Shown in pieces: positions 7,092 to 14,870 of a stretch of 24,000 nucleotides of DNA. The stretch spans positions 193,424-217,423 of the forward strand of contig CAJTLO010000001.1 of the NCBI GenBank assembly GCA_910577285.1, in the 5' to 3' direction. The stretch comes from an uncultured Rikenellaceae bacterium (GTDB lineage: Bacteria > Bacteroidota > Bacteroidia > Bacteroidales > Rikenellaceae). Numbering within the stretch: the stretch's first letter is position 1; every line of letters starts with the position of its first letter. The notes beneath the pieces were generated by a model, which saw nothing but the letters and a program-made list of their open reading frames with translations, had not been told where the DNA came from and searched no databases. The translations under genes and the position numbers were made by a program.

Positions 7092-9239
7092 CTACTTCGC
7101 CTTGAGCGCTTTGGAGATACTCTTGCCGATGCCCTCGAACTTGTTGAAGTTGGGCAGCAGGGAGGCGTTGAGCAGGTCCCGGTTCTCGCTTTCGTCCGTG
7201 AGGGTATGGATCGGATAGATCAGGATGAAGTTGCGGTCGGGGAAGTATTTCGACATGTAGTTGGGAATCTTCTTCATGCCGGATTGGAACGAGGGCAGTC
7301 CCTTGTAGCTCATGACGGCGATGAGTCCGTCGTCGGGCTGCATGTCCCGGGCGATGATGAGGAAGTCGTCCCAGTCGTCGAAGGGACGGAACTCCGCCTC
7401 GATGGGGTTGTCCTTTTGGATGTCCTGCAGGATGTCGAGCGTCTTCTTCGTACCGTAGAACAACAGGCGCCCGCCCGTGTTCTGGGCAAGGTTCCATATC
7501 CGGATCACCCACAACGGGAAGCCGAGCTCCTCTTCGGCGTTCTCCGGAATGACCACGATGTAGCGCTTGACGGTCGCCACGGGTTGTACGGGCCGGTAGA
7601 TGTAGGTCGTAACGTTGCTGCTGCTCAGAATGCGTTCGGTGGTGTGGCCGAGGAACGATTCCGAGAACTCTTTCTTTTCGTGCAGCCCCAGTACGAGGTC
7701 CGTCACTTTGTTCTCCTTGATAACGCTCACGATCGCGTTCGGTACGTTGACGTCGTACCGGAGCAGCGTATTGAGCTGTATGTCGGCCGAGGCTGCCGTC
7801 TGTTGCGCTCTTTCGAGTATCTTATGCGATTTTCCGTCGGCGTTGGGGTCCGACTCCTGGTTGTTGATGACGTTCAGCGCATAGACCCCGGTCTGACTCT
7901 CTTTCCGTTTGAAGAGGATGCTCAGGTTGATGAGTTCGTCGGTATTTTCGGAGTCTTTGAGCGGGATGAGGATGTTTTCGCGGAACCGCCCCTCCTTTTT
8001 GTTGTCGGCGATGGATTCGCTGAGCGAGATGTTGCGTGCGCCCCGCTGTGCCGCGAACGAAGCGATGGTGCAGGTGACGAGAATCATCACGATGGTACCG
8101 TTGAGCACGCTGTCGTTCAGCAGTCGGATGGGTTCGCCTGCGGCGGTTTCGCCGATAATGACGTTGTAGCCCACGGTTACGGCGGCGAGGGTCGCGGCGG
8201 CCTGTGCGTTGCTCAGGCCGAAGATGACGCGCCGTTCGTCCGCAGAGTATTTGAACGATTTCTGCGTGAAGAGTGCCGCGAGGTATTTGGCCAGGATGGC
8301 GATACCGGTCATGACGGCCGCCACCGTGATGGTCTCGAAGTCGCGGAAAAAGGCCCGGTAGTCGACCAGCATGCCCACGCTGATGAGGAAGAACGGAATG
8401 AAGATGGCATTGCCTACGAACTCCACGCGGTTCATCAGCGAGGAGGTGGACGGGATCAGCTTGTTGAGCGCGAGCCCCGTGAGGAAGGCGCCGATGATCC
8501 CCTCCACGCCGGCCAGCTCGGCCAGAACGGCACCCAGAAACACGAGGGCCAGCACGAAGATGTATTGCGCAACGCTCTCTTTTACCCTTTTGAAAAACCA
8601 TCGGGCGAGGATGGGGAAGAGAAAAATGACGATGCAGCCGAAAACGACCACCGATATGCCGAGCTGTGCCCAGAAGTGGGGATCGACCTCTCCGGTTGCC
8701 AGGCCCACGATGACGGCCAGTACGAGCAGCGAGAGGGTATCGGTAATGATCGTACCTCCTACGGCCACGGTGACGGCCCGGTTTTTCGTGATGCCGTATT
8801 TGCTGATGATGGGGTAGGCGATGAGGGTGTGCGAGGCGAACATGCTGGCCAGCAGTACCGAGGACTCCATGGAGAAGTTGAGGCCGTAGAAGCCGGCCAG
8901 AATACCGAGCGCCATGGGAATCAGAAACGTGTAGGTACCGAAAAGCAGACTTCGGGAGCTGTTGCGCCGGAAATCGCCCAGGTCTATCTCGAGGCCTGCG
9001 AGAAACATGATGTAGAGCAGACCGGCCGTACCGGAGAGGATGATGCTGCTGTCGCGCTCCATCAGGTTGATGCCGTAGGGGCCGATGACCGCCCCGGCGA
9101 TGATGAGTCCGAGGATGGGCGGTATGCTGATTTTGTTCAGCAACAGGGGTGCGAGCAGAATGATCGTCAGGATGACGAAGAATTTCAATACCGGATCTGT
9201 CAGCGGTAACGTGATGTCGAGTATGGTCAACGGAAGCAT
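7092..9239 (-). CDS. Cation:proton antiporter (CPA2 / Kef-NapA type) with a ~300-aa cytoplasmic USP-like C-terminal region, 715 aa
   Basis: N-terminus MLPLT...ISIPPILGLIIAGAVIGPYGINL..., with ~12 TM segments typical of Na+/H+ exchanger family proteins. The C-terminal half has two USP-like alpha/beta units (ILIPLKDSENTDELINLS...VTDLVLGLHEK...GHTTERIL). Confidence 0.9.
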   Translation of the reverse strand: MLPLTILDITLPLTDPVLKFFVILTIILLAPLLLNKISIPPILGLIIAGAVIGPYGINLMERDSSIILSGTAGLLYIMFLAGLEIDLGDFRRNSSRSLLFGTYTFLIPMALGILAGFYGLNFSMESSVLLASMFASHTLIAYPIISKYGITKNRAVTVAVGGTIITDTLSLLVLAVIVGLATGEVDPHFWAQLGISVVVFGCIVIFLFPILARWFFKRVKESVAQYIFVLALVFLGAVLAELAGVEGIIGAFLTGLALNKLIPSTSSLMNRVEFVGNAIFIPFFLISVGMLVDYRAFFRDFETITVAAVMTGIAILAKYLAALFTQKSFKYSADERRVIFGLSNAQAAATLAAVTVGYNVIIGETAAGEPIRLLNDSVLNGTIVMILVTCTIASFAAQRGARNISLSESIADNKKEGRFRENILIPLKDSENTDELINLSILFKRKESQTGVYALNVINNQESDPNADGKSHKILERAQQTAASADIQLNTLLRYDVNVPNAIVSVIKENKVTDLVLGLHEKKEFSESFLGHTTERILSSSNVTTYIYRPVQPVATVKRYIVVIPENAEEELGFPLWVIRIWNLAQNTGGRLLFYGTKKTLDILQDIQKDNPIEAEFRPFDDWDDFLIIARDMQPDDGLIAVMSYKGLPSFQSGMKKIPNYMSKYFPDRNFILIYPIHTLTDESENRDLLNASLLPNFNKFEGIGKSISKALKAK

Positions 9240-9321
9240 CTGTAAATGGAATATTGCCTTGCCAAGTTAATCATTTCGCCGGAGATGTAGGAGCATGGGA
9301 ACTCCCTTTTTTGTATCGGAA

Positions 9322-9337
9322 AGCATATTTTGTGCCA
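9322..9337 (-). promoter_or_regulatory. Candidate sigma-54 (RpoN) -24/-12 promoter for the antiporter gene
   Basis: Minus strand 9337->9322 reads TGGCACaaaataTGCt, against the consensus TGGCAC-N5-TTGCW. The GG-N10-GC spacing is exact. The -12 GC lies 84 nt upstream of the ATG at 9239. Confidence 0.5.
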
Positions 9338-9403
9338 CGGTGTGTCGTGCGGGCCTGACCGAGAGGGGCGGAGCGTTTGACGGGGAAGATTGCGGTAGCC
9401 TGC

Positions 9404-9418
9404 GGCACAGCGGGTGCC
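9404..9418. promoter_or_regulatory. Inverted repeat GGCAC-N5-GTGCC, possible enhancer/regulator site
   Basis: Perfect 5+5 palindrome about 75 bp upstream (in minus-strand sense) of the candidate -24 element. The arms are short, so a chance occurrence is possible. Confidence 0.25.
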
Positions 9419-9784
9419 TTTCGTCGGATTGTCGGCGGGACTGTTGCTGGTCGGAGGCCGGGGCGTCCGCTCGTTTCCCGATTCCGTAGGAGCGGGAGCC
9501 GACCGTATCGGAATGGCGGTGCCGGATGGGAGGGGAAGAACGGTAACCGGTAGGATGGGCCTTACGAAAGGAAATCTTTAGGTGGAAGCCGAGGGATCGT
9601 GCCGCAGCCCTTTTCACGGCACCGGGCAATGTTATCCGTGTAGTCCCTCGGCGGGTCTTTTCTCGCAACGGCAGAGGAGAGGGCGCTCGCTGGTGCACGC
9701 TTTTTTCTCGGATGCTTTTGGTGTCCGTCGGTTTCGTCACTCCGTGCCGTTGCCGGGAGGCTCCGGGTGGTCGCTGCATGCTAT

Positions 9785-9824
9785 GAAAAAAGAGGCTGTC
9801 CGGATAGGTCCGGACAGCCTCTTT
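9785..9824 (-). terminator. Rho-independent terminator of the DsbD-like gene
   Basis: 13-bp perfect stem agaggctgtccgg / ccggacagcctct (9791-9803 / 9810-9822), loop ataggt, followed on the minus strand by a 6-T run. It lies 22 nt after the TAA stop at 9845-9847. Confidence 0.8.
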
Positions 9825-9844
9825 GGTATCTGCTTGCGAGGGGA

Positions 9845-11836
9845 TTATTGCTGGGCCTGTTTGTAGGCGGCAATACCGTTGCGCAGGAAGGTGATGTATT
9901 CTTCTACGTTGAGGTTATAGCCCCTGACAGGCATCATGGGCGTTCCCGTATGGTCTACGATGATGTAGGCGGGCTGTGCATTCACGCCGTATTGCTCGGC
10001 CATGAAGTTGGAGTTGATGCGTCCGAGACCTTTCAGCACCTTGCCGTTGGGAAGGGTTACCCAATCCTCTTCGGGAACGTTCTTCTTGTCGTCGCCGTAG
10101 AGCGATACCACCACGAACTCGTTGCGGAGCAGCTCCTGCACCGTCGGATCGGACCATACGCGCTGTTCCATTTCGCGGCAGTTCACGCAGCCGTGGCCGG
10201 TAAAGTCGATGAAGAGCGGTTTGCCCTCCCTGACGGCGGCATCCATCGCCTGGCCGTAGTGGTAGTATCCGTCGATACCGTAGGGCAGGGGGGCGAGGAA
10301 GTCGGCGTATTTCTTGCTCTGGGCCGATGCGGATGCGTTCGTATCGGTATAGACCTGGCTCGTGGTCGGACCGGTGTAGGCGCCGAGCACGAAGTCCTGC
10401 GACTGGATGGGCGGCATGTAACCCGACAGCCCCTTGAGGGGAGCGCCCCACAGGCCGGGGATCATATAGGCCACGAAGGCGAATACGATGATGGCGAGTA
10501 CGAGTCGACCTACGGAGAGGTACTTCAGTTCGCTATCGTGTTTGAATTTGAGCTTGCCGATGAGGTAGAGTCCCATCAGGGTGAAGATGGCGATCCAGAG
10601 AGCGAGGTAGATCTCGCGGTCGAGGATGCCCCAGTGGTAGGTCTGGTCGGCTACGCTGAGGAACTTGAGACCCAGGGCGAGCTCCACGAAACCGAGCACC
10701 ACCTTGACCGAGTTGAGCCAGCCGCCGCTTTTGGGCAGTTTGTTGAGCAGCGAGGGGAAGAGCGCGAGCACGGTGAAAGGCAGAGCGAAAGCCACCGAGA
10801 AGGCGAGCATCGTGATGATGGGCTGCCAGAAGTTACCGCCCGATACCGCTTTGATCAGCACGCCGCCCACGATGGGACCGGTGCAGGAGAACGAAACGAG
10901 TACCAGCGTCAGTGCCATGAAGAAGATGCCTCCCAGGCCTCCCTTGTCCGATTTGCGGTCGGTATCGTTTACCAGCTTGCTGGGCATCGTGATCTCGAAG
11001 GCACCGAAGAACGATGCGGCGAATATCATGAATACGATAAAGAAGAGGAGGTTGGGCAGCCAGTGCGTAGCCAGCCAGTTGAAGATGTCGGCCGTTACGG
11101 CATCGCCGCCGATCATGCGGGTAATGATGATGATGGCTGCGATGGGCACCGTGTAGAGCAGGATGATGAACAGGCCGTACATCGATGCGCGGAAACGCCC
11201 TTTGGCCTTGTTCTCGGAACCCTTCATGAAGAAGGATACCGTCATCGGCACCATGGGGAATACGCAGGGGGTGATCAGTGCGGCGAAGCCCCAGAGAATA
11301 GCCTCCAGGATGATGCCCCACAGCGAACCGCCTTCACCGGCAGCGGGGGTCGTGTCGGCTGCCGCCGTCGCTCCTGCCGCGGGAAGGGCTATCTCGAAAT
11401 CCCAATACTGCATGGGAGTGCAACCCACGTCGTTGCACACCATCCATTCGACATACCCCTTGAGGCTCGCCGAGGGGGCGGTGAGGACCACTTTCTGTGC
11501 GAGGGTCGCTGCGTTTTCGTAGTAACCTATCTCCATGCCGAATACCTCGTCGTAAACGACGATCGGCTCCGTCACCTCGTAGGCTTCGCCTTCGAGCCGG
11601 GCTCCTTCCGTGCTCTCGAAATTGATCACGGTGGGGTTCGGGCCCATGGCGTCATAAGGCCCCAGGTCGTACATGTGCCACGTCTTCTCGACCGAAGCGT
11701 TGAACACTATCTCGAAAGTGTTGTTGCCCAAGTCGTTGACTTTGTAATTCCATTGTACGTCCTGCGCATGCGCCAATGCCGTGCCCAAAATGACCGACAT
11801 GGCGCTTAAGAGAACGATTCTAAAGAATTTCTTCAT
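9845..11836 (-). CDS. Protein-disulfide reductase, DsbD family (N-terminal DsbD-alpha-like domain, CcdA-type membrane core, C-terminal thioredoxin domain), 663 aa
   Basis: Signal peptide, then WMVCNDVGC. TM core with the paired Cys motifs ITPCVFPMVP and SFSCTGP. C-terminal FTGHGCVNCREME (CxxC). Confidence 0.9.
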   Translation of the reverse strand: MKKFFRIVLLSAMSVILGTALAHAQDVQWNYKVNDLGNNTFEIVFNASVEKTWHMYDLGPYDAMGPNPTVINFESTEGARLEGEAYEVTEPIVVYDEVFGMEIGYYENAATLAQKVVLTAPSASLKGYVEWMVCNDVGCTPMQYWDFEIALPAAGATAAADTTPAAGEGGSLWGIILEAILWGFAALITPCVFPMVPMTVSFFMKGSENKAKGRFRASMYGLFIILLYTVPIAAIIIITRMIGGDAVTADIFNWLATHWLPNLLFFIVFMIFAASFFGAFEITMPSKLVNDTDRKSDKGGLGGIFFMALTLVLVSFSCTGPIVGGVLIKAVSGGNFWQPIITMLAFSVAFALPFTVLALFPSLLNKLPKSGGWLNSVKVVLGFVELALGLKFLSVADQTYHWGILDREIYLALWIAIFTLMGLYLIGKLKFKHDSELKYLSVGRLVLAIIVFAFVAYMIPGLWGAPLKGLSGYMPPIQSQDFVLGAYTGPTTSQVYTDTNASASAQSKKYADFLAPLPYGIDGYYHYGQAMDAAVREGKPLFIDFTGHGCVNCREMEQRVWSDPTVQELLRNEFVVVSLYGDDKKNVPEEDWVTLPNGKVLKGLGRINSNFMAEQYGVNAQPAYIIVDHTGTPMMPVRGYNLNVEEYITFLRNGIAAYKQAQQ

Positions 11837-12004
11837 AAGGATGGTGTATGTTTGTTATGGTGTTTATTTTATATAAAGTATGCACATCGGCGAACGCACG
11901 AAAGACGCCCCGCAATTTCCGGAGTCTTTCCTGCGTTATTCCGGTAGAACCCCCTTCCGAGGCGCTCGTACCGTGCGAATGAGGTCACAATAATAGTAAA
12001 ATAT

Positions 12005-12035
12005 TTGTTTAGGAGCAATTTTCTTTCTAATTTTG
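12005..12035 (+). promoter_or_regulatory. Candidate sigma-A promoter for the TlpA-like gene
   Basis: TTG (12005-12007), a 20-nt spacer, then TAATTTTG (12028-12035). This is an exact TAnnTTTG match, 68 nt upstream of the ATG, inside a 266-bp AT-rich divergent region. Confidence 0.4.
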
Positions 12036-12102
12036 ACATAGAAAACAGATTGCATACAGGTTTTGTCGGTTGTCTTTATTATTTGATTAACATACTTTTA
12101 TT

Positions 12103-12582
12103 ATGAAAAAATTATTTGTGACGGTCGTGGCTGCTCTGCTCGCCGGTGCTGCTATGGCTCAGATGCCCAACGTGAAGATAGAGAACCATCAGGGCGATAT
12201 TATCAACACTTCGTCGCTTGTGAACGGCAAGCCGACCATCCTTTCCTTCTGGTCCACTACCTGCAAACCTTGCCTCATGGAGCTCAATACCATCAACGAC
12301 CAGCTGATGGACTGGCTGGACGAGGCCGATTTTCAGGTCGTGGCCGTGTCGATCGACGATACGCGTTCGGCCGCTAAGGCCAAGGCGCTCGCCAGCGGCA
12401 ACGGCTGGAGCGACTTCATCGTCCTCTACGACAAGAACCAGGACTTCAAGCGTGCGATGAACGTCAACATGGTGCCGCACGTTTTCGTGCTCGACGGCAA
12501 GGGTAAGATCGTGTACAACCACACCGGATACACGCCCGGTTCGGAGGCCGAGCTGCTCGAGGTAGTCAAGAAACTTCAGTAA
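12103..12582 (+). CDS. TlpA/ResA-like periplasmic thiol:disulfide oxidoreductase (thioredoxin fold), 159 aa
   Basis: Signal peptide MKKLFVTVVAALLAGAAMAQ. FWSTTCKPC active site (nt 12262-12273). Redoxin-like layout. Confidence 0.88.
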   Translation: MKKLFVTVVAALLAGAAMAQMPNVKIENHQGDIINTSSLVNGKPTILSFWSTTCKPCLMELNTINDQLMDWLDEADFQVVAVSIDDTRSAAKAKALASGNGWSDFIVLYDKNQDFKRAMNVNMVPHVFVLDGKGKIVYNHTGYTPGSEAELLEVVKKLQ

Positions 12583-12625
12583 ACGATGACAGCAACAGAC
12601 CGGGACCGCTTCCGCTTCCCGGTAG

Positions 12626-12654
12626 GCCCGCAACCGCACGTTGCGGGCTTTTTT
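12626..12654 (+). terminator. Rho-independent terminator of the TlpA-like gene
   Basis: 9-bp stem gcccgcaac / gttgcgggc, loop cgcac, then six T (12649-12654). Confidence 0.8.
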
Positions 12655-12770
12655 CGTATGCGGCGGAAAAAATTTTCCCGGTCGTGCAACAAAAGGCCAT
12701 ACGGATGCATCTTAAGGATAAAGGCTTCGTAGAGGGAGCCGAAAACGTTAACCGAATAAATGAAACCTTG

Positions 12771-13283
12771 ATGAAAAGATTGACTTTACCGATCGTTTGT
12801 GCGGCTCTCGGCGCCGTATTTCTATTTTCCAAAGGGGATACCGCCTACCGGCCCGAACCGAGGGAAAACTATGAACCGGTGTATATGACCCGGAGCGAAC
12901 TGGAAGGTTCCGTGAAGTATGTCGAGGGGGAGCGGCGGATGTCCGACCCCGGCAAAATATACGTTCACGGCGACCGGATCTTCGTGAACGAGAAGTACCG
13001 GGGCGTCCACATTATCGACAACAGCGATCCCCGCAATCCCAGGCAGACGGGCTTCCTGGTAGTGCCCGGCTGCATCGACATGGCGGTCAAAGGGGAGATC
13101 GTCTATGTGGACAATGCGGTGGACCTGGTGACTTTCGATATGGCTTCCCGTACCGTCACTTCGCGCATACGCGATTATTTCCCCGAACACAACGTGTCTC
13201 CCGACGGCCGGCAGCACGACTATCCCTCCGGTCGCCCGCAGGGATACATACTCGTGAGATGGGACAAGTCGAACCTCAATTGA
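12771..13283 (+). CDS. Secreted or anchored LVIVD-repeat protein, 170 aa (about 2 propeller-blade repeats)
   Basis: Start is set at MKRLTLPIVCAALGAVFLFS, a hydrophobic signal or anchor; the track start at 12684 adds a non-signal-like 29 aa. Carries the LVIVD-type motif GVHIIDNSDPRNPRQTGF and a weaker second repeat. Confidence 0.7.
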   Translation: MKRLTLPIVCAALGAVFLFSKGDTAYRPEPRENYEPVYMTRSELEGSVKYVEGERRMSDPGKIYVHGDRIFVNEKYRGVHIIDNSDPRNPRQTGFLVVPGCIDMAVKGEIVYVDNAVDLVTFDMASRTVTSRIRDYFPEHNVSPDGRQHDYPSGRPQGYILVRWDKSNLN

Positions 13284-13296
13284 AATACGTAGAGCG

Positions 13297-14091
13297 ATGA
13301 AAAAGATAGTTAAGATTGCGATGGTCGCCGGGGCCGTGCTGCTTCTGGCGGCCTGTAGTGCGAGTGGAGGCAACGGGGTGGGGACACCCGGCGGCGGAGG
13401 CGACGGACAGGGCGGTTCCATGGCCCGTTTCGCCATCGTGGGCGATTGCCTCTATACGGTGGATCATACCACGCTGAAGGTCGTCGATATCAGCAATCCG
13501 GCGCAACCCGGTGCGATGTCCTTCAAGGACGTGGAGTTGGGCGTCGATATCGAGACCGTCTATCCTTACGACGATATGCTCTTTATCGGCTCCCGCACTG
13601 CCATGCACATTTACGATATCTCGCGCCCCCATTATCCGCGGGAGTTGTCGGTGACGCGGCATTTTACGAGTTGCGACCCGGTGGTGGCCGATGCCGGTTA
13701 CGCTTACGTCACCCTCAATGCCGACAACGACATCTGTCGTCGCGGGGCCGACGAGTTGCAGGTCTACGACATCTCCGATCCCGAACATCCCCTGCTCGTT
13801 GCCTCCGACACCAAGGTCCGTTCGCCCAAGGGGCTGGGGGTGGATGCCGCTGCGGGCAGGCTCTTCGTCTGCTGCAAAGGGGGGCTGAAGGTGTACGATC
13901 TTTCGGAGCCGGGCCGGCCGGTATGGATCGACGACCTGGTCAATATTCCGGGTGCGAGCGGCATAGATACCTACGATGTCATTCCCCGAGGGGGATTGTT
14001 GATCCTCATCGGGTCGGACGGGCTCTATCAGTTCGACTACACCGAGGAGAATCTTTCGTTCATCAGTAAAATCGATTTAAGGACCCATTAG
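13297..14091 (+). CDS. LVIVD-repeat beta-propeller lipoprotein, 264 aa (about 5 blade repeats)
   Basis: Lipobox LLLAAC. Repeats: LKVVDISNPAQP, MHIYDISRPHYP, LQVYDISDPEHP, LKVYDLSEPGRP, and a degenerate fifth (LYQFDYTEEN). Confidence 0.85.
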   Translation: MKKIVKIAMVAGAVLLLAACSASGGNGVGTPGGGGDGQGGSMARFAIVGDCLYTVDHTTLKVVDISNPAQPGAMSFKDVELGVDIETVYPYDDMLFIGSRTAMHIYDISRPHYPRELSVTRHFTSCDPVVADAGYAYVTLNADNDICRRGADELQVYDISDPEHPLLVASDTKVRSPKGLGVDAAAGRLFVCCKGGLKVYDLSEPGRPVWIDDLVNIPGASGIDTYDVIPRGGLLILIGSDGLYQFDYTEENLSFISKIDLRTH

Positions 14092-14094
14092 AAT

Positions 14095-14853
14095 ATGAAG
14101 AAACTTACTAACCTTATTATGCTTACGCTCCTGTCGGTGGCGGTATCTACGGCGGAGCTTGCGGCACAGACCGCAGAGGCTCCCGCTACCGGCGTCTATT
14201 ATCTCAAGCGCCCGCGGACGAGCCTGATCGACTGGATGCCCGCCGAATCGGCGGGACCGCGCTATACGGTGGCCCTGCGTCCGTTCTATCTGGTCAATTC
14301 CGGTCTGAAGGCCGATTTCGAGATGGAACTCCGTCAGCCGGGACAATGGCTCCAGTTCGAGCTGATAGGGCGTTACAAGGGCTGGTACGTGCCCCTGCCG
14401 AACGAACCCTCTTCCGGGTGGGAGACCATAGAGTCCACCGGCGGTAAGTTCCAGCGACTGGTCGGTGGCGGTTTCGGAGTCGCCTTCAAGGGATTTTTCC
14501 GGCCCAACGGCTGGTATTTCAGTGCGGGCCTCGTGTTCAACTATTACGGGGTGTGGTACCGGGGATATTCCTATGTCGCTTTCGAGGAGGACGGCGCCCA
14601 GTATCTTCGGCGTGCGGATGGCATGATCCGTGCGGACTACTATAAGCCTGGTTTCCACTTCGATATCGGCAAACATTTCGCCCTGACGAGGCATCTCTTT
14701 GTCGATGCTTATGTCGGTGTGGGCTATTCGTACAGTTTTTACGACAGTCGCTATCGATACGTGTATAACGGCAACCATCCCTTTTCGTTCGCTTACCGGG
14801 GATTGCAGGTGAGCGGCGGCTTCCGTATCGGCTGGCTCTGGGGCGGCCGGTAG
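14095..14853 (+). CDS. Putative outer-membrane beta-barrel protein, 252 aa
   Basis: Signal peptide MKKLTNLIMLTLLSVAVSTAELAAQ. Aromatic-rich alternating strands (FHFDIGKHFAL, VDAYVGVGYSYSF, VSGGFRIGWLW). The ATG is 3 nt after the preceding stop, suggesting an operon. Family not recognised. Confidence 0.65.
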   Translation: MKKLTNLIMLTLLSVAVSTAELAAQTAEAPATGVYYLKRPRTSLIDWMPAESAGPRYTVALRPFYLVNSGLKADFEMELRQPGQWLQFELIGRYKGWYVPLPNEPSSGWETIESTGGKFQRLVGGGFGVAFKGFFRPNGWYFSAGLVFNYYGVWYRGYSYVAFEEDGAQYLRRADGMIRADYYKPGFHFDIGKHFALTRHLFVDAYVGVGYSYSFYDSRYRYVYNGNHPFSFAYRGLQVSGGFRIGWLWGGR

Positions 14854-14870
14854 CCGGGAGCATTCCATAT

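Noticed and set aside
9240-9321. A riboswitch or known ncRNA in the antiporter leader and in the other long spacers.
   Set aside because: I could not recognise conserved cores of TPP, cobalamin, FMN, SAM, fluoride, Mn2+ (yybP-ykoY), c-di-AMP (ydaO), SRP, RNase P, tmRNA or 6S RNA. Isolated short matches (for example ccactg at ~6820 and ggagtag at ~7005) are on the wrong strand or lack the rest of the motif. A covariance-model scan is needed before excluding this.
9403-9418. cGGCACagcgggTGCc read as a plus-strand sigma-54 promoter.
   Set aside because: No plus-strand gene follows for about 2.7 kb, and the next genes are on the minus strand. I interpret the sequence instead as a palindrome or possible enhancer site.
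3688-9779. ORFs inside the GC-rich spacers: 3688..3966, 3743..4045, 5372..5818, 5514..5786, 5519..5728, 5566..5802, 6625..7011, 6708..7070, 6736..7512, 6779..7105, 9267..9779, 9582..9866.
   Set aside because: Their Arg/Pro/Gly-dominated composition is typical of random frames in GC-rich DNA. They overlap one another, terminators or the tRNA, and have no recognisable domains or plausible promoters.
12771-14091. The two LVIVD genes as a single frameshifted pseudogene.
   Set aside because: The second ORF begins with its own complete signal peptide and lipobox (MKKIVKIAMVAGAVLLLAAC). This would not be expected in the middle of a disrupted gene. The first ORF ends cleanly 13 nt upstream.
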